A stretch of DNA of 64,000 nt from Azolla caroliniana (Eukaryota; Plantae; Polypodiophyta), in NCBI GenBank assembly GCA_043228905.1, contig JBHGNT010000006.1, forward strand, positions 19,468,001 to 19,532,000, written 5' to 3'. Made by a program: the position numbers and the translations under genes. Positions 1-12,300 of the stretch are shown here, one piece after another (positions within the stretch are counted from its first letter, which is position 1; each line of letters begins with the position of its first letter). The notes under the pieces were generated by a model. That model was given only the letters and a program-made list of their open reading frames with translations, did no database searches and was not told the origin of the DNA.

Positions 1-2540
1 TGGGTGTCATGTTTTGCTTCCTCAAAGCTCTCCGGCTCCCCCTCGTCGGTTAGCAGCACGTGCTCTGGTTCCGGAAATCTCCGGGGGGCCCTTCTCTCTC
101 TTAGAGGATATCTCCGTTCCGGAGCTTCGGTAACCGGTTCTTCCGATTCTTCTTCATCCGAATCCATTTCGGGATCGGGGCCGGTTCCGGTATCATTTTC
201 ATCTTCTTCGGCCGGTTCTGTTTCTTCACCGTCTTCGGCCGGATCCTCGAGTGCTAATCGGTCCCTTGCCGGTCGGGACTGCTCCTCGTAGAGTTGATCC
301 TCACCGGTCGACTTGGAGCTCTTCATCTTCTTCTCCGACTCCCAGTCGGCGAGTGTCTTGTCCTCCATGAAGATGATGTCTCGACTCCTGAATATCTTCT
401 TGTCGACCGGGTCCCATACTCGGTAGCCGAACTCGTCGTCGCCGTAACCGAGGAATATGCATGGCCGGGTCTTTGGATCTAGCTTTCCTCTCCGGTCCTT
501 TGCCACATGCACGTATGCGAGACACCCGAACACCTTCAGATGCCGGTAGGACACTTCCTTACCGGTCCACACTTTCTGCGGCGTGTCTCCGTCCAAAGGT
601 ACTGAGGGTGATCTGTTTATCACGTATGTCGCCGTCGACATTGCCTCAGCCCAAAACCCCTTGGGTAATTTCGCATGCGCCAGCATACTCCAGACCCTCT
701 CCATTATGGTCCGGTTCATCCTCTCGGCCAGCCCATTTAGTTCCGGCGTCTTCGGCACAGTAAACTCGAGCCGGATTCCCTTCGAGCGACAGTACTCCTG
801 GAACTGCCCCCGGTATTCCCCTCCGTTATCCGCTCGTATCGCTTTCAGCTTCTTGCCGGATTCCCTTTCCACTCTCGCGTGGAGTTCTTTGAAGACGCAC
901 AACACTTGGTCCTTTGTCTTCAGCGGTGCCGTCCACAGCTTCCGGCTATGATCATCAATGAATGTTACGAAGTACTGGGCTCCGCCATGTGACTTCGTTT
1001 CTACCTGACACACATCAGTGTGCACCAACTCCAATGGTGCGCTACGTCTCGTCGGTGGCCTTGAGTGGAAGGAGGTTCGGTTCTGCTTACCGGCCAGGCA
1101 ATCGGTGCACTTCTCCAGGTGCACATGCTTCACTGGAATAAGGTTGTCATCTGCAAGCCTCTTCATCCCCTTCTCACTCATGTGGCACAGTCTTTTGTGC
1201 CACAGCTCACCGGCAGTGTCGGCTGCCACATTCAGCTCTTCCGGACATAACCGGGCATTCATCAGGTACAGTGTGTTGTCTTTCCGGGCCCGAGCCACTA
1301 TCAGGCTCCCCTTGCTGAACTTCATTACGCCGTTCCGGATGCTACCTGTGTAGCCTTCATCGTCTAGCCTCCCGGCCGAAATCAGGTTCAATCGAACCTC
1401 CGGAACGTGTCGGACATCCTTCAGCAGCATTTTGCATCCGGTCGGGGTTGTCAACCACACGTCTCCTATGCCGGAAATCCGGCACGTACCTTCATTCCCC
1501 ATCCGAACACAGCCATGCTCACCGGCTGTGTAGGATGAGAAGTATCTTCTCTCCGGGGTCAGGTGGAACGATGCTCCGGAATCGACCACCCAGGTCGTCT
1601 CATCGCCGGCAATGTTTAGTTCACCTTCTTCGGTGATGAGCATGATTTCTTCCTCACTTGGCGCGAGTGCCGTTGTTCCTTTCCGGTCCTGCCCTCGCCG
1701 ATCCGAACCTCTCCGGTCCGTGGCTCCCCGGTATGCACTGTTTCTCTCCGGTGACTTCTTCGAATCGGTGTCGTCGGCTCCGTTGTCTTTTCGGTAATGC
1801 CGACAATTCTTTCGGAAGTGCCCCGGCTTCCCATAGTGGAAGCATGTGGGCCTTCCTCTTGACTGCGACCGGGTCCCCGACTTCTCCCGTCTTTGCGGAC
1901 TCCGGTTCCATTGTCTTCCCCGATCCGATTCGGTAAGCAGCGCTTTCGAGTCGGAGGCCGGTTCTTTATCTCTTCGACGCGCTTCTTCGTTCAAAATACT
2001 TGTCTTTACCGTTTGTAAGGACAAGTTATCTTCGGTGCAGGAGGTGCTGAGAGTCACCACCAAGTTCTCCCAGCTTTCCGGCAATGTACACATCAGGATG
2101 ATGGCTTGCATTGCATCCTCCAACGGGAACTTAATCGCCGCAAGCTGGTTCACGAATCCCATGAACGTGCTTACGTGTTCAACCATACTCTCGCCGTCCC
2201 GGTACTTGAGGTTCACTATCTTCCTCATCAGGGAGGTCCGGTTCAACGCATTCTTCCTCTCGTAGAGGCCCGACAGCTTCTTCCACATCTCATATGCGTT
2301 GGTGTCGTTCGCCACATGTTGTAGGACGCTTACATCGACATATTGTCGGATCGTCGCTACGGCTTTCCGGTTCAGGAGCTTCCACTCCGACTCAAGTACC
2401 CCCTTCGGTATTTCCGACCTGTCAATCGGTTCGTACAGGTCCCGAACAATCAGAAGATCCTCCATCTTGATCTTCCAGTCGGCGTAATTCTTCGCATTCA
2501 GCACCATCATCCCCGGCTGCCCGCTGCCGCCGCCTTCCAT
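1..2540 (-). CDS. gag-pol: Copia gag-pol polyprotein, partial (gag, Zn knuckle, protease, GAG-pre-integrase, integrase)
   Basis: Manual translation from ATG at 2540: MEGGGSGQPGMMVLNAKNYADWKIKMEDLL...CFHYGKPGHFRKNC...WVVDSGASFH...LWHKRLCH...FIDDHSR...NGLAERMNRT; no stop seen; absent from the ORF track, probably because it runs off the window edge. Confidence 0.88.
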   Translation of the reverse strand, partial: MEGGGSGQPGMMVLNAKNYADWKIKMEDLLIVRDLYEPIDRSEIPKGVLESEWKLLNRKAVATIRQYVDVSVLQHVANDTNAYEMWKKLSGLYERKNALNRTSLMRKIVNLKYRDGESMVEHVSTFMGFVNQLAAIKFPLEDAMQAIILMCTLPESWENLVVTLSTSCTEDNLSLQTVKTSILNEEARRRDKEPASDSKALLTESDRGRQWNRSPQRREKSGTRSQSRGRPTCFHYGKPGHFRKNCRHYRKDNGADDTDSKKSPERNSAYRGATDRRGSDRRGQDRKGTTALAPSEEEIMLITEEGELNIAGDETTWVVDSGASFHLTPERRYFSSYTAGEHGCVRMGNEGTCRISGIGDVWLTTPTGCKMLLKDVRHVPEVRLNLISAGRLDDEGYTGSIRNGVMKFSKGSLIVARARKDNTLYLMNARLCPEELNVAADTAGELWHKRLCHMSEKGMKRLADDNLIPVKHVHLEKCTDCLAGKQNRTSFHSRPPTRRSAPLELVHTDVCQVETKSHGGAQYFVTFIDDHSRKLWTAPLKTKDQVLCVFKELHARVERESGKKLKAIRADNGGEYRGQFQEYCRSKGIRLEFTVPKTPELNGLAERMNRTIMERVWSMLAHAKLPKGFWAEAMSTATYVINRSPSVPLDGDTPQKVWTGKEVSYRHLKVFGCLAYVHVAKDRRGKLDPKTRPCIFLGYGDDEFGYRVWDPVDKKIFRSRDIIFMEDKTLADWESEKKMKSSKSTGEDQLYEEQSRPARDRLALEDPAEDGEETEPAEEDENDTGTGPDPEMDSDEEESEEPVTEAPERRYPLRERRAPRRFPEPEHVLLTDEGEPESFEEAKHDT

Positions 2541-2570
2541 TTTCTGCAACAGCTCGCTCTGATACCAGAT

Positions 2571-3184
2571 TGTTGGGAATCGTTGCTTCGATTCACCTTC
2601 ACCGCTCGGCCACAACCGAGTAATCGCGAATCAATGCAGCAGAAAATAGGAACCAAAGAGAGAAACACACGAATACACAGGGATTAACGTGGAAAACCCT
2701 AGATGGGAAAAACCACGGGAGTACAAGACTCCAAACCAACACTATACAAAGAGAAGTATACAATGGCGAGCTGCAAGGCGACGACCTTGAGCTCGCTGTC
2801 CTCGCCACAGGCGGCGGAAATACACAGAGGCGTCGTCCTCTTCCTCTCTCGCGCTCTATCTCTCTCTCTCTCTCTCTCACGGCTGCTCCCTCGTCACTCC
2901 TCTTGAGTGGAAAAACAGAAAAATGATCAGCAGCACTAAAACAGTTTGCCCTAAGTCATATTTATACATATATGACTTTGGGGCTATTTACAACTATAGC
3001 CTCAGGGGCCCATAGCAGACATATTCACGGATATGTCCCTGCATTCGGATCGCTCTCCGGGTACATTCGTCATCCGGCTCCGAAGTCGGGGTCTTCATCA
3101 TCCGGTTCCGAAACCGAAACCGGGCTTGTCGGCATTCATCTCCGACATCCGACCATCCCATCCGAAGGGACCGTAATCCCAACA
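2571..3184 (-). repeat. 5' LTR of Tork-like copia
   Basis: TG..CA inverted termini, adjacent PBS, (CT)n tract, minus-strand TATA near 2960-2968; U5 motifs shared with LTRs at 57607 and 62391. Confidence 0.9.
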
Positions 3185-3699
3185 AAAAGGGATCTCACAA
3201 TTCGGAACGGGGGTTAATCCAACTAGCAACTGTTGTCCTAAAATTGGGAATAAATGCTTTTCTCAGGCTATTGGGAAGCCCTTTGCTCACGACAACCCGA
3301 ATCGAACCGAATTGGTTCAAGGACATGGTGACCTTTCGATGAGGTCGAAAAAAGGCCTTAACATGGTCAACGAAATTGATGACGACGACATTGACAACTT
3401 AATCGCTAGGGAATCTTTTGCCTCGATATGTGAGATCGATGTACTAAAGGTAGCAAAGGAATATCGAGTTCCCAAGACACAAGAGCGCGAAGTAGTCACT
3501 GACTAAAACAAAAACAAAAAGGCCATATGCATGAAAACACTCTTGAGGAGCAGGAATGTATCCACACTATCCTACAAGAAAATTATGTGTGGGAGCATGA
3601 GATGAAGGAAAGTCAGAGGGTGAAGGAGGAAACGTTGTATTTAGGGGTTCAGAATGGGCCAACTACTTAGCCTACTACTGGCTACTCAGGGATATGAAT

Positions 3700-6006
3700 C
3701 AACTGACAAAGCCAACAAAACATAAATGTAAAATACAACACAGAGGCACTCGATATTTTACGTGGAAAGCCCTAAAACGGGAAAAACTACCAGAGCCCTC
3801 TGACTCCAAATATTTCACTATGTAGGAAGTAGTGTATAGAGACAATTCACTATATCCCTAGATCACTAGGAGAACACCAAGACTCAAGGCCACAACCTTG
3901 GTAATATTTTCGTCTCTCACAATAGACCGAAAACCACAAAAAGCAGTAAGTAGACACCAAACAATAGCATACATTAGGCTCCCAACAACTGAGGCATACA
4001 ACACCTTTTCCATCTCAGCTTTATCCTTTTTATTTTTCAGACATTAACTAGATTTCAGCTTACAGTTTACTACTTGTATCGATCCAACATGTTTTGCATA
4101 ATTTATACATATTAAATCTTTGCAAGATCTTTTTCACATATTATTTCTCTTGTGACAACCAATTTGAAAGCATATTTTTAGTCTTGTCCCGGACAATATG
4201 CATTCCCAATATTTGTCTTGTCAGACCTAAATCCTTCATAACAAAGGATTTTCTTAGAGCTTTCTTCAAGCTCACAATCTTCTTAGCATCCTGTTCGACA
4301 ACCAACATGTCATCTACATAAAGTAGGAGAATCAAGAAATCAGCTTCATCATACCTCTTCACAAATACACCATGATCGGCTTGTGTTTTGTGGAATCCGT
4401 GTTTTAGCATGAAGGATTCAAATTTCTTATAACATTGACGAGGTTCTTGCTTTAGACCTCCTCAGTCGACATACCAGATTTTCTTTTCCTTTCGCCATAA
4501 AGCCCTCAAGCTGTTGCATGTCGATTTCCTCTCCATGCAAAAATATTGTTTTTACATCCAACTGTTCAAACTCCAGATTCATACTAGCAGCTATGCTCAA
4601 AACAATTCAGATGGATGCCATCTTTACTACTGGAGCAAATACTTCATCAATATCAACACCCTTTTTCTACTGGAAACTCATTACCACTATTCAAGCTTTA
4701 TATCTGGGTGGGCTGCCATCTTCTCTAGTTTTCAACTTGTAAACCCATTTGTTTCTGAGTGCCCTCTTTCCCTCAAGCAGCTCCATCAACTTATAGGTGT
4801 GGTTCTCATGTAAGGAATCCATCTCATCTAGCATGACACTACACCACTCCTTGCTATGTACGTCTCACGTGGCTTCTTCAAAGCATTCTAGCTAACCTTC
4901 ATAAGTTAGTAGGACATATTCATTGGCTGGATACCGAGAAGAGGTCGTCCTTTGCCTAAGCGGGTATCTTCTTCCTTCAACAATCAGCTCAAGTTCAACT
5001 ACTTCTCCCAACTCATCATCCATTTTGGATTTGGTTGCACAAGTCTGCTACTATGTGGCAACCGGCTCAGATTCAGTCGCTTTGGTCGACTGTTGTCTTC
5101 CGAACGGCTGTGTGGGACTGGTGTCATCAAATGCCGAATCCATACATGTAGCTAGCTTGGAAGACGACACTGGTAGTTGTTGTTTCCAATCTTCATTCGT
5201 TTTTTCCTCCATTAATACAACATCCCGGCTTCTTACCACTTTCTTGTCTACCAGATCCCATAATCTGTAGTTGAATTCATCTTCAGAGTATCCCAGAAAG
5301 ATACATGGCTTTGACTTGTTGTCCAACTTTGACGTTTGATCCTTTGCAACAGGCACATAAGCCAAGAATCTGAACACCCTCAATTGTTGGTAAGAGACAC
5401 TTCTTCCTGTCCACACCCTCTCTGGGACATCACCTTTTAGAGGCACTGAGGGAGACATGTTTATAAGGTAGACAATTGTCAACATTTCCTTAGCCCAAGA
5501 TGACTTTGACAATTTTGCATGAAACAACATGCTTCTTACCCTTTTCATTATGGTGCGGTTCATCCTCTCAGTCAGACCATTTTGCTCAGATGTCTTCGGC
5601 ATTGTATACTCAAGTTTGATACCTTGAGTCTTACAATACAACTCAAATTGGCCTTTGTACTCACCACCGTTACCAGTCCAGACAACCTTCAACTTCTGTA
5701 TGGATTCTCTTTTAGCCTTGGCCAACTACACCTATCTTTGCTCTTCAACACGAAAGCCCACAACTTTCTGCTGTAATCATCAATGAACATCACAAAGTAC
5801 TGTGCACCACGGTATGCCACTACATCCAGGCATGTTCTCTTCTCATCAGAGGCCTAGAGTGGAAGGCAATCTCATTTTGCTTATCGGCGAGGCAATCAAC
5901 ACATTTTTCCAAATGTGTTCTTTCACTTCTAGGAGGAGATCCTTTTCAACAAGTATGTGCATTCCCCTTTCGCTCATGTGGCCAAGCCTCTTATGACACA
6001 ACTCAC
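3700..6006 (-). pseudogene. Decayed Tork-like copia fragment (integrase, RT) plus LTR-like remnant at about 3700-3990
   Basis: ORFs 5051-5725 (NGLTERMNRT, integrase) and 4141-4410 (LLLYVDDML, RT) broken by stops and deletions; ACGTGGAAAGCCCTA motif resembles the family LTR; boundaries approximate. Confidence 0.8.
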
Positions 6007-6400
6007 TGTTAGGAATATGTCCCTCCTATGGGAGAAGTCAATAGTTGGAAACAAGGAATAGTCGACTAGTCGGGCCAAGGAAGAGCCAATAGTCGAAGAC
6101 AAGAAAGAGTCAATATGGACCGTCGACTAGGAAAATCAACATGGAGGGTCGATTGGGAGAGTCGACGCGGAGAGTCGATAGTATTGGATAGATGATCCAA
6201 GTAGAAGACAAGATTGACTAGTCGGGTCAACCGGATAACTGACATGGTTGTCAGCTAGTCGGGCCGATCAATTGACTAATTAAGGACTATTATTATTATT
6301 GTCTAATAATAATAATAATAATAACAACAACCATATCTGTAAATAGCCGATATTTTTTACGAGTATAAATACACCTAGGGCAAACCTCATGGTATGTATG

Positions 6401-7875
6401 TGTGAAAGTGTTTTTAGAATTCAAGGTATTAAACACTACAAGAATATAAGGTATGGTGCATTCACATCTGGAGGTCAAGAACACGAACCAAGGTCTTGAG
6501 GATAAGTCAAACTAAAAGCAAGAAACATGGAGAAAAGTAAAAGAAGAAAAACGCAGGCCACGAAAATACAGTTTGAAACAAACCATCATAACGCTTTCGT
6601 TTGAAACCCAACTATAATGTGCAAATATGGGATAGAAAGCTCGTGAAGTCAGCTATCTAGAACTTTAGATCTCTAAATTTGGATCTCGGATGAGGGAGAT
6701 ATGACGATTAGAAGATTGTTGTGTCATAGCTAAGAATAGAAGATGGAAAACTTCTAAAAAAAGCGTAAAAATGAAAGCTAGGGAAAGTTATCTAGTAGAG
6801 GAGACCAAGGTTGTTAGGTACGGCACGGATACCATACGTATTTAACGTATTAATACCCGTATAGTACCTCCCAATTTAAAAATACGTTAAATACGTTTTC
6901 TTAATATGTTAAATACTTATAAAATACGTAAAGTACGTAAAATACGTATTTTACGTATAGTACATTAAATACTTCTAGAATTTGAAAATTATTTACTTTT
7001 CTAAAAAATATCTATAATATTGTAAAAAACATCTATGTTTACACAATTTTGTGATGTACAATATAGTTCTACATCCTAAAATGCATATAAGACATTTGAA
7101 GATTTTACATCCTAAAATACTTGTAGTAATATGGATGTCGACATTCCCTTATTCTATAAATCAGTGTAAGTGTGTATCACGATGTTCTACTTCAAATTGT
7201 AATTATTTACAATTATGCCTTCATAGATTGAGGAATCGTCTACGATTATCACACTCATGATAGGTTTCTCTTTTCTTCATTTTGTTGTTGTTCTTCTTCT
7301 ATCTTCTGCGATTATCACACTCAGGATAGGTTTGTCTTCTTTTCGCTCTTCTTCTTCTTCATCTTCTTCATTGTCGTCTCTTCTATTCTTCTTTCTTACT
7401 TCCTTTGGCTTCTTTTTCACTAAAATCTTTTTTTTCTTTTGCTTTTTGTTAGGGTTTTACTTACATTTTCTTTATAAATACGTATTATACCTGTTTTTGT
7501 ATAAATAGGTTAAATACCGTATTGGACAAATGTACATGATATTTGACAGAACAACATTGAGGTATAGTACGTAGTATACAAATGATGAGGTACTATATGT
7601 ATTTAAACGTTAAATACGGGTACGTAAACAACCATGGAGGAGACCTTCATATAAAGCAAGAAGAGTAAGGTGGTGGAGAGAGAGACTATTTCATTTTGTG
7701 TTTTCTTGCCCATTTATGTAGTGTGGTTTAGTTGTTATCAATATAGCTTTCTATATTTGGATTTATGTATCTTCTTTCTCTCTTCCTTCTATCATGATCA
7801 TTCATTATCAATGGATCTTTGTAGTTCTAGATTTATATATCTTCTTTATCTTTTCTTTCTATCATCATCCTTTCA
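6401..7875. mobile_element. Probable solo LTR
   Basis: TG(TGAAAG)...(CTTT)CA termini flanked by 5-bp direct repeat GTATG (6396-6400, 7876-7880); non-coding. Confidence 0.65.
6806..7636. mobile_element. Non-autonomous hAT-type DNA transposon (MITE)
   Basis: TIRs CAAGGTTGTT / AACAACCATG; 8-bp TSD GAGGAGAC (6798-6805, 7637-7644); subterminal AAATACG/TACGTA repeats; AT-rich, no ORF. Confidence 0.8.
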
Positions 7876-8299
7876 GTATGCAAGTTAGAGCTTTTGGATA
7901 TGTGTGAAGAAGCGTGAAAGTAACAGAACAGAGAGGAAGAGAGACGCAAGAGCATGAGCGGTGCCATAGTTGTATAATACTAGATGTTGTCATGATATGG
8001 CTCCAAAAGGATTTGAACCCATGACCTTGTATTACATGGGTTGAACCCTTACCATCAAAGCATGCATTGTAATACAAACAATATTATTTTCATTTATTAT
8101 TTTACCATAGGAAATTCATGTATATTCAAGATTACTCTAGAACATTCTAGAAACCTCAGGAGTACTCTTGAGAGTACTATAAATAGAGGCACATGGCATT
8201 GTTCAGAACCAATTCGGTTCAACGCCAGTCTTAAGCCTCCTAGCTACTCTTGTATCTTATCTTCATATAATATACCACTTGTTATCATCATTCTCTTCT

Positions 8300-8354
<55 letters not shown>

Positions 8355-9303
8355 CGCGTGCCCGTGAGTCTCCACACGCTTTTCCCCTTCTTAGTACTAA
8401 TCCTCATTCTTCCTCTCTATCTTTAGTACTAATTCTCCCTGTCTCTAGTACTATCTCTGACAGTTTGAATTGAATCTCTTATCCTTCCTTCCCTTCATAC
8501 GAATCCTCTTATCCTTCCTACTAAATGGCAATTGTTAGCGCTCAAGAATACCAATCCGTTTTCTCGGAGCTCCAGTGCTTAAAAGAGAATTTTGTAGCAC
8601 TAAAACAAGAAAATTAACGTCTATTGGGGGATCTTCAACAAATAGCTCTAGAAAAACAACACGGGGAGCTGACGTTACATGTGCAACAACTTGAAGAAAA
8701 TATTGTGTCACTACAACAATAGGGATCAAGCACTCAAGGAACTCCCAAAGAACCCAAGATCGGTCTTCCTATGAAGTTTGATGGAACACGATCACAATTT
8801 AGAGGATTTCTTACTCATGTACATTTGGTGATTCAAATGCATCCTTCTCGATATCCCATTGATGCATCACGAGTGGGACCAGTAGGCACACTACTTAATG
8901 GCACAACTCTGGCATGGCTCACCCCTTTATTAGAAAAAGGCTCTCCGTTGTTAAATAATTTTGAAGAGTTTATTAGCGAGTTTAAAGCATGTTTTGGAGA
9001 TACTAATAGCGTTAGGATGGCAATCAACAAAATCCGAAGACTGCGTCAAGGTGATCGGCCAGCCTCCGCTTATGCCGCGGATTTCCGTCTTCTCACCACC
9101 GATATTCCCTGGGATGACCAAGCGTTGATAGAGCAATTTCGTTATGGCCTACATAATGATGTCAAGGATTGACTCTTGACTTTCCCCGAAAAACCAAAGT
9201 CGCTCACAGAAACAATCAGTTGAGCGATACGATGCGATAACCTCCTTTTCGAACGACGTTCAGAACGTCAGTTCCAGATGCCAAGGACAAGAATAGAGCC
9301 CAC

Positions 9304-12300
9304 TGTTAGATATAATCAATGATCAGCCCCAAGTTGTAAATCTATCCCCATATGTGCTCTTAGAGTGCACATTTTGTGATAGCGCCCCAAATGAGGAGCG
9401 GCTAGTGTGCAACTCGACCATATGGGTCGATAAGGTGTTAATCTAGGAAACCGTAGATGCGTAGGACACAATATATTTAGGAAAGAGAGAAATAGATAAA
9501 AGGATTGGCTAATCAAGTCAGCTAGAATATTTTGTGGGCAAGTTACGATGTACTTAGTCTTGAAGTATGCGTCATTGACTTCAAGATAAGTATTATCTAG
9601 CACTAGCCTGTACCTAGGGAGTTGGGTCATATTAAATGACAAGTCAGTTGACAGAAAAGGAATATCTCCACTACTGTCAACTGACTTGCACATTTATACT
9701 AAGACCAAACATAGATTATAAGTCACTTTTCTCACACAGTGGTCAGATTGATCATTAGTCCCCACTAATTTTGTAGTGAGCCGGTCCATATCCTATCTAA
9801 GCTCTAAGGTGTGAGCGCATGGGAAAACTACCATTTTGAACTACTCTCATATGTAATAGAAATTCTGTTTTTCATATATCCATCTCTGCAGTTGTAACTC
9901 TATATACCTATCTACTCGATTCTCAATATTTCTAATATGGTATCAGAGCGAAGAGGTTGATCTAGATTAGGTATATACGGGTAGTTGCTGTCTAGCAACA
10001 GAGAGAAATAGAGAGACAGAGAGAGAGAGACAGAGTATCAATGGCCTTGTCCACGAATGTTGCAGCTGCTCCATTGCGCATTCGCCCACCTCCATTGTCT
10101 GATGGAAAGCTAGATGGAACCAACTACACTCTATGGAAGTTCAAAATGTCTGCCATTTTGGATTCCTACGAGTTGTTGGAAACAATCATGGGACCCACAG
10201 GGGGAGACCCTGAGCCCATGGCAACCTTTGACCCTGCACACCCTACCACATCAATTCCTCCAAATGCTGATCTACTTCGAGCCTGGAAGAGAAGGAATGC
10301 TGATGCGCTATGTACCATAGTCACTGGTGTATGTGACTCCGTACTAACACTAGTGCAACATACAACTAGGGCACATGAAGCTTGGAGCATATTGGCCAGC
10401 CAGTATGAGACCAGAAACTATACAAGGATACAAAACCTCGAAAATCAGCTTGCTGCAGAGAAGCTCGCTGATGGAGAGAAAGTAGAATCCTTTGTAAAAA
10501 GGATTAAGGATCTTCAAGATCAGCTGGCGGCTGTTGGAGTAGTCGTCTCTCAAGAGGATATGGCTCGTCGGTGCATTCGAGTACTTCCTTTCAAGTATGA
10601 TGGCATTGTGACAGCATTGAACACTCAGGTTCGACCCACTCCTTTAAAATTTGATGAACTAAGTGCAATGCTGCTTGAAGAGGAGCTTCGGCTGAAGACA
10701 AGAGAAGAAAGGGAAGATTCAGCATTTGTCTCTAGGACTAAGGGTGAAGGGGCATCCAATTCAAACAATGCGAATAGGATACCGAAGAAGAAGAAGTTCA
10801 ATGGATCGTGTTTCTACTGTGACAAGAAGGGTCACACAATCAAGGATTGTCGAAAGAAGATGGCGGATGAGAAGAATGGTTCTAATAAGACTTCTTGGAG
10901 AGAGCCCGAGTCCGCTAACAATGTCGTAGATGAACTAGAGTTATGGGTCGCAACTGAAGAAGTGTGTTCTTCAGTTGACACTCAAGTTGTTGATGAGTCT
11001 TGGATTCTCGATAGTGGAGCATCCCGACATATGACCAGTAATCGTGACTGGTACAGTTCTTGGACACCTCTACAAGAGCCCATCAATGTTGTGGTCGGGA
11101 ACAATGCTCGATGTCCGGCCAAAGGAACCGGAACCGTCTCCCTCAAAGCAACGACCGGTGGGACAAAGCATCTCTCTCAAGTGTTGTACGTGCCAGATCT
11201 GAAGAAGAATCTACTGTCCATTTTTGCACTGACTGACAAGGGTCTTGATGTTCGATTCAAGAAGTCGGGTGCAGAAATAACAGATTCTGCTGGCAAGGTT
11301 GTAGGAATAGGGGTGAGGCGCAACAATCTCTATGAGCTGAGCGCGTTTACCATTTCTACTGACCACAGCACAAGTACCAACACAAAGCAATGGCATGAGA
11401 GATTTGGGCATCTCAACGTTGCTGTGTTGAAGGAGATGAAGAAGTCGAATATGGTAGTTGGGTTGCCAACCCTATCTGACTTAAGTCATGTTTGTGATGC
11501 TTGTATGATGGGCAAGCATCAAAGATCAGCCATTCCAAAAGAGAGTCAAAATCGGGCAAAGACTCCTCTACAGCTAATACACATTGACCTCTCTGGAAAA
11601 ATGGTGACTCCTGCAATGGGTGGATCTCTCTACTATATGCTAATAGTCGACGACTTCAGCAGAAAGATGTGGGTTTACTTCCTTCGGGAGAAGGCTGAAG
11701 CTTTTAAAATCTTCAAAAGATGGCATAAGTTTGTCGAGCGAGAGTCTGGAAAGTTAGTGAAGGAGCTACGCTCTGATCGAGGTGGAGAATTCTTATCAAT
11801 AGAATTCTGTGAGTATTGCAAAGAGCATGGAATTAAGCGCCAACTTACAACTGCCTACACCCCACAACAAAATGGCGTTGTCGAACGTCGAAATCGAACA
11901 GTTGTCGAGATGGCTAGGTGTATGTTGAAGGCACAAGCGCTGCCCGACCCATTCTGGGCTGAAGCAGTGAACACAGCAGTTTACATCCTCAATCGGAGCT
12001 ACACGAAGGCACTTCAAGGGAAAACACCCCAAGAAGCTTATTCAGGCAAGAAACCTTAAGTGCTGCACTTCAGAACCTTTGGGTGTATGTGCTACGCACA
12101 TATTCCAGATGTGAGCAGAAAGAAGTTGGATGCTAAAAGCAAAAAGTGTATCTTTCTCGGATATAGTGAAGAGTCAAAGGCCTATCGACTCTAGGATCCA
12201 GAGGCAAGAAAGATATTGACAAGCCGCGATGTGGTGTTCGATGAGGAACAACCACAGCTAGCTGAGAACAACGATTCTCAAGTTATCTCATCAACTGAAG

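Larger units (their letters stand above)
1..3184 (-). mobile_element. Ty1/copia LTR retrotransposon, Tork/Tnt1-like; 5' half (continues beyond window start)
   Basis: LTR 2571-3184 with termini TGTTGGGA...TCCCAACA; Met-i PBS TGGTATCAGAGC on minus at 2556-2567; gag-PR-INT frame follows. Confidence 0.93.
6007..7987 (+). repeat. Interrupted Tork-family-like LTR remnant
   Basis: Starts TGTTAGGA; GTAAATAGCCGA...GTATAAATACACCTAGGGCAAAC (about 6339-6385) resembles the TATA region at about 58014-58062; split by 6401-7875. Confidence 0.55.

Noticed and set aside
4-2487. Numerous plus-strand ORFs
   Set aside because: Antisense shadows of the GC-rich minus-strand gag-pol
3185-3700. Short ORF 3312-3506 and surrounding sequence
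   Set aside because: No recognisable motif; probably a decayed TE fragment; cannot assign
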